Part shown: positions 13,876 through 23,471 of the stretch, one piece after another
Numbering within the stretch: the first letter of the stretch is position 1
Layout: each line of letters opens with the position of its first letter
NCBI GenBank assembly: GCA_963776345.1
Contig: CAVZMH010000001.1
Location: 96,001 to 160,000, forward strand
DNA length: 64,000 bases
Origin: an uncultured delta proteobacterium
Lineage (GTDB): Bacteria > Myxococcota > Myxococcia > Myxococcales > Myxococcaceae
Reading direction: 5' to 3'
Notes under the pieces: generated by a model
Database searches by the model: none
What the model was told of the DNA's origin: nothing
What the model saw: only the letters and a program-made list of their open reading frames with translations
Program-made: the position numbers and the translations under genes

Positions 13876-15177
13876 TCACCCCACCCGGTGCATGGCCGTC
13901 ACCGGCTGCATGCGGGCGGCGAGGAAGGAGGGGAACAGCGCGATGAAGGTGGTGCACCCGGCGATGAGCGCGATGGCGCCCAGCACCGCGATGGGCCGGA
14001 CCAGGAGCCGGACCTCCTCGCGCATCAGGAACAGCTGCAGCGCCACCGGCGCGTGGATGTGCGCCGCGTTCAGCCCCGCGCAGATGGCCAGCCCCAGCGC
14101 CGCCCCGAGCAGGGTGGAGAGGAGCGAGAGGGTGAAGGCCTCGGTCATGAACATCGCCAGCACCCGGGCCCGCTGCATCCCGATGGCGCGCAGCGTGCCG
14201 ATCTCCCGCGTCCGCTCGCGGATGGCGATCCACAGGGTGTTCATCAGCCCCACCGCGATGATGACCAGGAGGATGCCGATCAGCGTATACGACAGCCAGG
14301 TGATGGCGGTGACGGTCCACTGGATGAAGGAGATCTCGTCCTCCCACGAGGTCACGTCCAGCTTCTGGCCCGTCCAGCCCTCGCGGTTGACCGACTGGAA
14401 CTTGAACCAGAAGGCGCGCGGGTCGGGGTCCATGATCTGGAACCCCGCGGCAGCGAGCACCGTCCGGAGCCGCTCCTGGACCCGCGGCACGTCGCGCACG
14501 TCCTTCAGGTAGAGGAAGAGCGCCCCGGTGGCGTCCTCGTTCATCTGGTAGAGCGCCCGGAGCGAGGACTCGGGCACGAAGGTGTTCCACGAGCTGAGCA
14601 GACCGACGTTCTTGGCGACCGCGGCGATGCGGACGTCGACGGTGTTCGCCGCGCCGCGCAGCGTGTACGCGCTGAGGGTCAGCTGGTCGCCCACCCGGAC
14701 CCCCAGCTTCTTCGCCTGCTCGTCGAAGATGAGGATGGTGTTGGGCTCGGAGAGCGCGTCCAGCGAGCCCTCCTGGACCTGGATCACCCGCCGGAACCCG
14801 GGCTCGTTCCTCACCTCGATGCCGCTGACGCCCGTCTGGAGCGAGCCGGTCTCGCTCACCAGCTTGGCCCAGCCCCGGCCGCGCTGGGTCACGTAGTCCA
14901 GCTCCGGGACCTCCTTGCGGATGACTTGAAGCACCTCGCGGTAGCGGGTCACCACCGGCGAGGCCTGCCCGGCCGTCACCTTGAAGAAGCCGCCCACGTT
15001 CACGTGGCCGGTGGTCAGGGTGGTCGCCGACTCGAGGATGGTGAACCGGATCCCGTTGAGGAGCCCCACCAGGAGCACCAGGAGCGCGGTGACGCCCACG
15101 ATGGCCCCACCGAGCAGCAGGGTGCGGCGGCCGTGGTGGACCAGGTTCCGGAAGGCGATGAGGAAGAGCTGGGCCAT
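13876..15177 (-). CDS. ABC transporter permease (FtsX/MacB/LolE-like)
   Basis: IAFRNL..RRT; TGHV; IRERTREIGTLRAIG; C-terminal TM + AARMQPVTAM. Confidence 0.88.
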   Translation of the reverse strand: MAQLFLIAFRNLVHHGRRTLLLGGAIVGVTALLVLLVGLLNGIRFTILESATTLTTGHVNVGGFFKVTAGQASPVVTRYREVLQVIRKEVPELDYVTQRGRGWAKLVSETGSLQTGVSGIEVRNEPGFRRVIQVQEGSLDALSEPNTILIFDEQAKKLGVRVGDQLTLSAYTLRGAANTVDVRIAAVAKNVGLLSSWNTFVPESSLRALYQMNEDATGALFLYLKDVRDVPRVQERLRTVLAAAGFQIMDPDPRAFWFKFQSVNREGWTGQKLDVTSWEDEISFIQWTVTAITWLSYTLIGILLVIIAVGLMNTLWIAIRERTREIGTLRAIGMQRARVLAMFMTEAFTLSLLSTLLGAALGLAICAGLNAAHIHAPVALQLFLMREEVRLLVRPIAVLGAIALIAGCTTFIALFPSFLAARMQPVTAMHRVG

Positions 15178-15182
15178 GGGCG

Positions 15183-17288
15183 TCACTCGTCCGTCTGCAT
15201 CGCGCGCACCGGCGGCACGCGGGTGGCCAGGAAGGCCGGGTAGAGGGTGGAGAGGGTGGTGACCACGATGACGATCACCAGCGCGGCGAGGATGTTGGTC
15301 CCGCTCAGGGTGGGGAACAGCCGCGGGCCGGAGAAGAAGAAGTACAGGGTCTCGTTCGCCGCGGCGATCCCCCTGGCGTGGAGCGCGGCCACCGTGGCCG
15401 AGCCGAGCAGCGCGCCGGCCCCGCCGAACACCAGCCCCAGGGTCAGCGTCTCGATGACCACCATCGCCAGGATGAAGCCGCGCTGCGCCCCGATGGCCCG
15501 CATCGTCCCCACCTCGGCGGTGCGCTGGAGGGTGGCCATCATCACCGCGTTGTTGATGATCACCATCGCCACCACGAAGATGATGCCCACCGCAAGGTAG
15601 AGCACCACCCGGGCCAGGAGGATGAACTGCCCGAGGAGCCCGGCCGCCTCGCGCCACGACACCACCCGCAGGCCCAGGTTCTCGCGGTCCGACAGCGCGC
15701 GCATCTCCTTCATCGTCTCCTGGATCTTCGTCGGGTCCTTGAGGATGACGGCGGCGTCCAGCACCACCCCCTGGCCGATCTCCTTCGGATCGTAGACGCG
15801 CTTGACCAGGTCCTCGTTCCGGAGCGCCTTCGCCGAGCCCTTGAAGTTCTCCTTCTCGTCGATGAGGCCCGGGGTCGCCTCGGCCACCAGGCGGTGGCTG
15901 GTGGAGCCGAAGAGCTCTTCCTCGGCCCGGCTCCGGTCGATGTCCCGGGTGCCAGCCTCCTTCTTGATGGCGTCGATCTCCGCCTTCTTGTCCGAGCTCA
16001 GGTAGCCGTACAGCTCGCGGAAGCTGACGATGTCCATGAGGTTGATGTTCCCGGAGAGCGCCGACTTCTCCAGCCCCTTGAACTGGAACGTCCCCCACAC
16101 CTTGAGGTTGAGGCTCTGCACGTAGCCGCTTCTCGTGAAGGCGGTGATGGTCAGCACGTCGCCCACCCGAAGCCGGTACAGCTCGAGCAGCGGCGCCAGG
16201 TCCCGATAGAACACGGTGTAGCGCTCGCGGAAGTTCCGGTCGTCGGTGTCGAAGAACTGGTTGAGCAGCGCGTCCAGGTCCTTGCTCGACGAGGCCAGCG
16301 TCCGCTGGAGGACTGCCACCGCCTTCTCGGTCCGGAGCCGGTCGAGCTGGAGGAGGATCTCCCGGGTCTGCGCCCGGTTCTCGCGCACGTACCGCTTGAG
16401 CGTCTCGTCCCCGGCGATCGTCCCCCCGGCGTCCAGCGCGTCCTTGATCTTGTCCAGCCGCCGCGCCGTCTTGAGCTTCAGCTGCTCCTCGTAGACGAAC
16501 TTCGACATCAGGAAGCCGCGGTGGCCCGGAGGCACGGGCTGGCCGTCGACGATCTGCATCCGGTCGAAGTTCTTCTGGAACGCTTCCAAATCCGTGCCGA
16601 CGTAGCGCAGGCCGATGAGGTCGGCGTCCGTGAGCTGGGGCGCCACCCGGTTCTCCAGGAACTCGAGCGCGCCGTACGGGTCCCTGTCGAACCCGGCCCA
16701 GAAGGCATCCGAGGACGCCCGCTCGATGGCCGCGCGGACCTCGGGCTCGAGCGCGCCGGCGGTGTTCATCTCGTTCACCCGGGCCAGGTCGGCCAGGAGC
16801 ACGCGGACGATCTGCCGGACGTGCTCCTTCAGCGAGTCGCGGCGGGCCTCGCGCTCGGGGGTGACGCCCTGCTCCTTCTCCTCACGGACGACGTCGCGCA
16901 GCTCCTCGAGCGTGAGGTCCACCGTGTTCCCGCTGGTGACCATCGCGGCGTTGATGCCCATGGGGATGACGGCCTTCACGTTGGGCACCTTCTCGAGCAG
17001 ACCCTGGGTCCGCTCCCAGTCGGTCATCGGGCTCAGGTCCGGGTCCGCGCCACCGGTGGGCCAGATGGCGAACTCGTCCTTGCTCCGGGCGCTGTACACC
17101 TGCACGTGCCCGGCGACGCTCCCGATGATGCTCCGGCTCATCGAGCTGACCACGCTGTCCAGCAGCGCGCCTCCGACGACGACCAGGAACGTGCCGCCGA
17201 GGATCACCGCCCCGATGAGGAGGTTGATCCGCGACCGGAAGAGGTTCCGGCCGGCGATGCGGAGGAGGATGCCCTCGCGCTCCAGCAC
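15183..17288 (-). CDS. ABC transporter permease (FtsX/MacB/LolC-like) with enlarged periplasmic domain
   Basis: IAGRNLFRSR; AGHVQV; LQRTAEVGTMRAIG; LYPAFLATRVPPVRAM; GTG start at 17288. Confidence 0.88.
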   Translation of the reverse strand: MLEREGILLRIAGRNLFRSRINLLIGAVILGGTFLVVVGGALLDSVVSSMSRSIIGSVAGHVQVYSARSKDEFAIWPTGGADPDLSPMTDWERTQGLLEKVPNVKAVIPMGINAAMVTSGNTVDLTLEELRDVVREEKEQGVTPEREARRDSLKEHVRQIVRVLLADLARVNEMNTAGALEPEVRAAIERASSDAFWAGFDRDPYGALEFLENRVAPQLTDADLIGLRYVGTDLEAFQKNFDRMQIVDGQPVPPGHRGFLMSKFVYEEQLKLKTARRLDKIKDALDAGGTIAGDETLKRYVRENRAQTREILLQLDRLRTEKAVAVLQRTLASSSKDLDALLNQFFDTDDRNFRERYTVFYRDLAPLLELYRLRVGDVLTITAFTRSGYVQSLNLKVWGTFQFKGLEKSALSGNINLMDIVSFRELYGYLSSDKKAEIDAIKKEAGTRDIDRSRAEEELFGSTSHRLVAEATPGLIDEKENFKGSAKALRNEDLVKRVYDPKEIGQGVVLDAAVILKDPTKIQETMKEMRALSDRENLGLRVVSWREAAGLLGQFILLARVVLYLAVGIIFVVAMVIINNAVMMATLQRTAEVGTMRAIGAQRGFILAMVVIETLTLGLVFGGAGALLGSATVAALHARGIAAANETLYFFFSGPRLFPTLSGTNILAALVIVIVVTTLSTLYPAFLATRVPPVRAMQTDE

Positions 17289-17290
17289 GG

Positions 17291-18013
17291 TCAGTGCCCT
17301 CCGGAGACGGCGATGGCGGCCGCCGCGGTCTCGCGCCCGACGATCTTCCCGTCTGCCAGCCTCACCACTCCGTCGGCGTGGGCCATCACCTTCGCGTCGT
17401 GGGTGGAGAAGATGAAGGTCGTCCCGTCGCGCTGGTTCATCTCCTTCATCAGATCGATGATCCGCTCGCCGGTGACCGAGTCGAGGTTCGCGGTGGGCTC
17501 GTCGGCGAGGACGATCTGCGGGCTCCCCACCAGCGCCCGCGCCACCGCCACGCGCTGCCGCTGCCCGCCGGACAGCTCGTTCGGACGGTGGCGGGCGTGG
17601 TCGGCGAGCCCCACCTGCTCGAGCAGGGTCATCACCCGCGCGCGCCGCTCGTGCCCCCGGAGCTTCCCCTGGAGCAGGAGCGGGAACTCCACGTTCTGGA
17701 ACACGCTGAGCACGCCCACCAGGTTGAAGCTCTGGAAGATGAAGCCGATGGTGTTCAGCCGGAGCTTGGTGAGCTCGCGCTCGCTCAGGGCCGCGGTGTC
17801 GTGCCCGGTGACGCGCACGGTCCCCCGGGTGGCCACGTCCACGCAGCCGATGAGGTTCAGGAGCGTGGTCTTCCCGCTGCCCGAGGGCCCGGCGATGGAG
17901 ATGAACTCGCCCGGGTACACGTCGAGCGACACGCCCCGGAGCGCCGGGACCACGGTCGACCCGAGCTGGTACTCCTTCACCACGTCGACGATGCTGACGA
18001 TCGGCTCGCTCAC
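17291..18013 (-). CDS. ABC transporter ATP-binding protein (LolD/MacB-like)
   Basis: GPSGSGKTT, LSGGQRQRVA, LADEPTANLD, FSTHD. Confidence 0.93.
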   Translation of the reverse strand: MSEPIVSIVDVVKEYQLGSTVVPALRGVSLDVYPGEFISIAGPSGSGKTTLLNLIGCVDVATRGTVRVTGHDTAALSERELTKLRLNTIGFIFQSFNLVGVLSVFQNVEFPLLLQGKLRGHERRARVMTLLEQVGLADHARHRPNELSGGQRQRVAVARALVGSPQIVLADEPTANLDSVTGERIIDLMKEMNQRDGTTFIFSTHDAKVMAHADGVVRLADGKIVGRETAAAAIAVSGGH

Positions 18014-18455
18014 GGTGCTCCTCGCGCCTGGGTCGAGCGGGGCCGCCCTGCCCGCAGGTCCGTGGACGGAGCGCGGGGGTTGGCAGCCCGGTCGGGCTCG
18101 GCACGGGCAGGGTGCTACCGGGCGCCACGTCGCGCGTCAACGAGAGCCGTGCGTTCCTGCCCTCACCGCCGCCGGAGCTGGGAGCACCGCTGGCGTGGTG
18201 TGAAGTTCGGTGAAGGCGCTCGAATGCGGTGTCGGGGGGCGGGCGCGCGGGCGATCGGCGTCTCGCCGCCGCAGCCGTCGACGGGCGCGGACCCGGGTCC
18301 CGCCGCGCGGTCGCCACCGCGGAGAGACGGAGCCCGGCGCGTGCCAGCGGCCCGGAGGGTCGTCGCCCTCCTCAGCTCGGGCATGTCCCCTGCACCGGGC
18401 GACACCCTGGACCCGGACCGCGGCTGGCCGCTCCCCCCGGGTCAGGAGGTGACAA

Positions 18456-19055
18456 GTGGAGACGCCCTGGACGTCGAGCCGACCGCGGGCGCGCATCCTC
18501 CCCGCCCCCATCCTGGAGGCCCGCGACGAGGCTCGGGAGCTCCTGACCGCCGCCGAGGCGCGCGCCGCCGAGCTGGTCGCCGAGGCGGAGCACCAGGCGG
18601 AGGCCATCCGCAGCGTGGCGTGCGACGCGGGCCGGGACGAGGGTCTGGCCTACGCGCAGCGTCTACTCTTGGAGATCCGTCAGGCGCGGCTCCGCGAGCT
18701 GGAGGGAGACGGGCTCCGCCGCACCGCGATCGAGCTGGCGCTGGCGATGACCCGGCGCGTGCTCGGAGAGTCGTGGAGCGCCGACCCGGGGACCTGGACC
18801 CGTGCCCTGCTCGAGGCCGCCGAGCCGCTTCGCCGGGCACGGGCCATCTCCCTGCGGGTGGCGCCGGCGAGCGCCCCGGCGGTCCGGGCAGCGCTCTCGG
18901 CCGAGCTCACCTCGGGCGCCATCGCGCTGGTCGAGGACGGCGCCGTCGACGAGGCTGGCTGCATCGCCGTCTCCGAGTGCGGCCGGGTGGACGGCCGGCT
19001 CTCGACGATGCTCGCCGCCTTCCGTGGACCGCTGGGCGTGGAGGACCCGAGGTGA
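18456..19055 (+). CDS. FliH/SctL(YscL)-like ATPase stator protein
   Basis: AxxxA helical repeats then GRDEG; C-terminal LRVAP...EDGAVDEAGCIAVSECGRVDGRL; GGAGG RBS; GTGA overlap with the ATPase gene. Confidence 0.78.
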   Translation: METPWTSSRPRARILPAPILEARDEARELLTAAEARAAELVAEAEHQAEAIRSVACDAGRDEGLAYAQRLLLEIRQARLRELEGDGLRRTAIELALAMTRRVLGESWSADPGTWTRALLEAAEPLRRARAISLRVAPASAPAVRAALSAELTSGAIALVEDGAVDEAGCIAVSECGRVDGRLSTMLAAFRGPLGVEDPR

Positions 19056-20347
19056 GCGCCACGGCGCTCCTCGAGGCGGTGCGCTCGGTGCCGCCGTTCC
19101 GCGTGACCGGCCGCGTGGAGCTGGTCCGGGGGCTCCTCCTCGAGGCCACCCTCCCGGGGGCGCGGGTGGGCGAGGTGGTGACCGTCACCGGCGCTCGCGC
19201 GCAGGTGCTCGCCGAGGTGGTGGGATTTGCCGGGGCGCGGGTGCAGCTGCTCCCGCTCGGCAGCGCCGCGGGCCTGGGCGAGGGCGCCGAGGTGGACTGC
19301 CGTGGCGAATCGCTCACCGTGGGTGTCGGGGAGGCGCTGGTGGGCCGGGTGCTCGACGGGCTCGGTCGTCCGCTCGATGGGCGTCCGCTCCCCACCGGAC
19401 TGCTGCGCTGGTCGGTCGACCGGCCCTGTCCCGAGCCGTTCCGTCGTGCCCGGGTCGACGTGCCTCTCCCGCTCGGCGTCAGGGCCATCGACGGGCCGTG
19501 CACCGTCGGCCGCGGGCAGCGGCTCGGTCTCTTCGCGGGCGCGGGGGTGGGGAAGTCCACCCTGCTCGGGCAGATGGCGCGGCAGACCCGGGCCGAGGTG
19601 ACGGTGGTGGCGCTGGTGGGCGAGCGGGGGCGCGAGCTGCGCGAGTTCGTGGAGGACGCGCTCGGCGCCGAAGGGCTGCGCCGGAGCGTGGTGGTGTGCG
19701 CGACGTCGGACGAGCCGGCGCTGGTCCGGCTTCGGGCAGGCTTCGTGGCCACCGCCATCGCCGAGTGGTTCCGCGAGCAGGGCGGCAACGTGCTCTTCCT
19801 GCTCGACTCGGTGACCCGGCTGGCCCGTGCGCAGCGCGAGGTGGGGCTCGCAGCGGGAGAGCCGCCCGCGCGCCAGGGCTATCCGCCCTCCGTCTTCTCG
19901 ATGCTCCCCAGGCTGCTGGAGCGGACCGGGAACTCGGCCCGCGGCTACTGCACCGCGCTCTACACCTGCCTGGTGGCGGGCGACGATCTCGAGGATCCGA
20001 TCGCCGACGAGGTCCGGGGCATCCTCGACGGCCACGTGGTGCTCGACCGACGCATCGCCGAGCGCGGGCGCTGGCCGGCGGTGGACGTGCTGGCCTCGCT
20101 CTCCCGGGTGATGCCGCAGGTCACCTCGGAGGAGCACCGGCGGCTCGCGTCGCGGCTCCGGGCGCTGCTCGCCGCCCACGAGCAGCGGCGGGACCTCATC
20201 CTCCTCGGGGCCTACGCTCCGGGGACGGACGCGCTGACCGACGAGGCCATCGCTCGCCGGCCGGCGCTCGAGGCGTTCCTCGCCCAGGGGCGGGACGAGC
20301 CTGCCGGCGCGCTGCTGGAGCGGCTCCGGGAGGCGGTCGAAGGATGA
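19052..20347 (+). CDS. FliI/SctN(YscN) family export ATPase
   Basis: GRGQRLGLFAGAGVGKST, LVGERGRE, DSVTR, GEPPARQGYPP, ILDGHVVLDR, SLSRVM, LGAY. Confidence 0.93.
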   Translation: MSATALLEAVRSVPPFRVTGRVELVRGLLLEATLPGARVGEVVTVTGARAQVLAEVVGFAGARVQLLPLGSAAGLGEGAEVDCRGESLTVGVGEALVGRVLDGLGRPLDGRPLPTGLLRWSVDRPCPEPFRRARVDVPLPLGVRAIDGPCTVGRGQRLGLFAGAGVGKSTLLGQMARQTRAEVTVVALVGERGRELREFVEDALGAEGLRRSVVVCATSDEPALVRLRAGFVATAIAEWFREQGGNVLFLLDSVTRLARAQREVGLAAGEPPARQGYPPSVFSMLPRLLERTGNSARGYCTALYTCLVAGDDLEDPIADEVRGILDGHVVLDRRIAERGRWPAVDVLASLSRVMPQVTSEEHRRLASRLRALLAAHEQRRDLILLGAYAPGTDALTDEAIARRPALEAFLAQGRDEPAGALLERLREAVEG

Positions 20348-21177
20348 GCGGTCTGGGGACGCTCCGGCGGCTCAGGAGGGACGCCCGCGACGCCGCGCAG
20401 GAGGCGTTCGCGCGGCGACTCTCGGAGCTTCGCCTGGCCGAGGAGCTCCTCCGGAGGGCGACCGCGCGCTGGGAGTCGCAGCGAGGCCGGTGCTCCGATC
20501 GCGCGGAGGCGCGGCTCTCGGTCCTCGAAGGCGGCGGGGTGGCCGGGCGCGCGGTGCTCCACGCCCGTCACGAGGCACGGCTCCGGGGTGAGCTCGAGGT
20601 CCTCGCCTTCGGGCGCGACGTGGCACGACGGGCGCTCGCGGCTCGGTCGAGTGGAGCGGACGAGGCGCGGGACACGCTGGGGCGGGCGGAGGCCACCCTG
20701 GCGGTGCTGGAGCGGCTGCTCGAGCGCCGGGAGCGGGAGGCGTGGCACCGGCGGCTCCGGCGCGAGGAACGGCTACTCGAGGAGCACGCCTCCGGCGCAC
20801 TGGATGTCGGCGCAACACCGCGCGGTCCGGACGTCCGCCTGAACAACGCCGGCAGACTGGTCGAGCTTCGTCTCGCTTCGGCACGAGTAGCGTGCGCGCC
20901 CGCCAGGTCGTCAAGCGTAGGCAACGCGGATCACGTTGACGTGTTCCGCGGGGAGCCTGCTCCAGAGCACGCGATGTCGGAACACGCCCCGGAGCCACGA
21001 TGCCTCGACGTCCTCTGCCGTCTCGACATCGTCGCGGAACGTCGGCAGTGCTCGAGGACTCGGCAGCGCGTAACTCGGGGAGACTCGCGCGGCGCCCGAG
21101 CATCCTTCTCGACCTATCCCGCCAGGCCCTTCTGCACACCTTGTCGGTGCCAGCGCAGCGCGTCCCGGCGACGATGA
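20344..21177 (+). CDS. FliJ/SctO-like coiled-coil stalk protein (first ~150 aa) with doubtful C-terminal extension
   Basis: ATGA overlap with the ATPase; LGTLRRLR start, long R/E/A coiled coil ending REERLLEE; position matches SctL-SctN-SctO order. Confidence 0.6.
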   Translation: MSGLGTLRRLRRDARDAAQEAFARRLSELRLAEELLRRATARWESQRGRCSDRAEARLSVLEGGGVAGRAVLHARHEARLRGELEVLAFGRDVARRALAARSSGADEARDTLGRAEATLAVLERLLERREREAWHRRLRREERLLEEHASGALDVGATPRGPDVRLNNAGRLVELRLASARVACAPARSSSVGNADHVDVFRGEPAPEHAMSEHAPEPRCLDVLCRLDIVAERRQCSRTRQRVTRGDSRGARASFSTYPARPFCTPCRCQRSASRRR

Positions 21178-21253
21178 GGCTCAGCCCAGGCAGAACAGCT
21201 TTCCCGCGACCGTGATTGGCACCTGCTCCCTCGTCGCGCGGGCAGTTTCCCGC

Positions 21254-21745
21254 TCAGGCCGACCGCAGCACGCCCGCCCGGAGCGGCGCGAGGTAGTTCA
21301 GGCTGCTCGTCGCCAGCGCGGCGCCGATCGCGAGGTTCACCATCCCCCGCCAGAGCGGGGGCACGCCGGCCAGCGTGAGCCCGATGCTGAGCGCGGTCAT
21401 CAGTCCGATGACCACCCAGCTCCGGGTCCCGTAGACGTGGATCGGCCGGCGCTCCTCGGTGAGTGCGGTGAGCCGGTCGATGTTCCGCCGGGCGGTCTTC
21501 CGGAGAAGAAACCGGCCCTTGGCGACGCCGATCGCCAGCGCCGCCGCCGCGACGGCCACCACGAGGCCGGGAGCAGCAGGTCCCCGCGCCGCCTGGAGGA
21601 GCCGGCCCGTTCCCAGTGAAAGGAGCACCGCGCCGCCCAGGAGCCACAGCCCGAACGCCAGCCACCCGAGCCAGCGGGGCGCGAGCCTGACGGGCAACGC
21701 CAGCAGCAGCACGGCGATGACCGGCATGATCGGCAGCGCGGGCAA
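21254..21745 (-). CDS. Hypothetical 4-TM membrane protein
   Basis: Hydrophobic segments, LWLLGG..L..G, GVAKGRFLL; immediately downstream of rho. Confidence 0.6.
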   Translation of the reverse strand: MPALPIMPVIAVLLLALPVRLAPRWLGWLAFGLWLLGGAVLLSLGTGRLLQAARGPAAPGLVVAVAAAALAIGVAKGRFLLRKTARRNIDRLTALTEERRPIHVYGTRSWVVIGLMTALSIGLTLAGVPPLWRGMVNLAIGAALATSSLNYLAPLRAGVLRSA

Positions 21746-21763
21746 TCGATCCTCCGGGGCCGC

Positions 21764-23278
<1,515 letters not shown>

Positions 23279-23471
23279 CCAGTGCTCTCGAGGGGGCTGA
23301 GAGGCGTGGCGGTGGACAGGCGGCTGAGCGCTCCTGCGCTCGAGAGCCCCCGACCGGTCCGGCATCGCCCCGGGGTTCGCCTCGCCAGCCAGCCCGGGAA
23401 GTGGGCCCGACCCGGCGAGGACAGGTCCGCTTATAGCAGAAGACGGGCCGGTTCGCTCCAGAACCGTGCCG

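Noticed and set aside
18014..18455. Short ORFs in the spacer between the ABC operon and sctL
   Set aside because: R/P/G-rich translations with no recognisable domain; more likely a divergent promoter region.
17294..20347. 1017-aa ORF suggesting a large fusion to the SctN ATPase
   Set aside because: ATPase starts at GTG 19052 overlapping the SctL stop; the upstream part is antisense to the ABC ATPase or out of frame with SctL.
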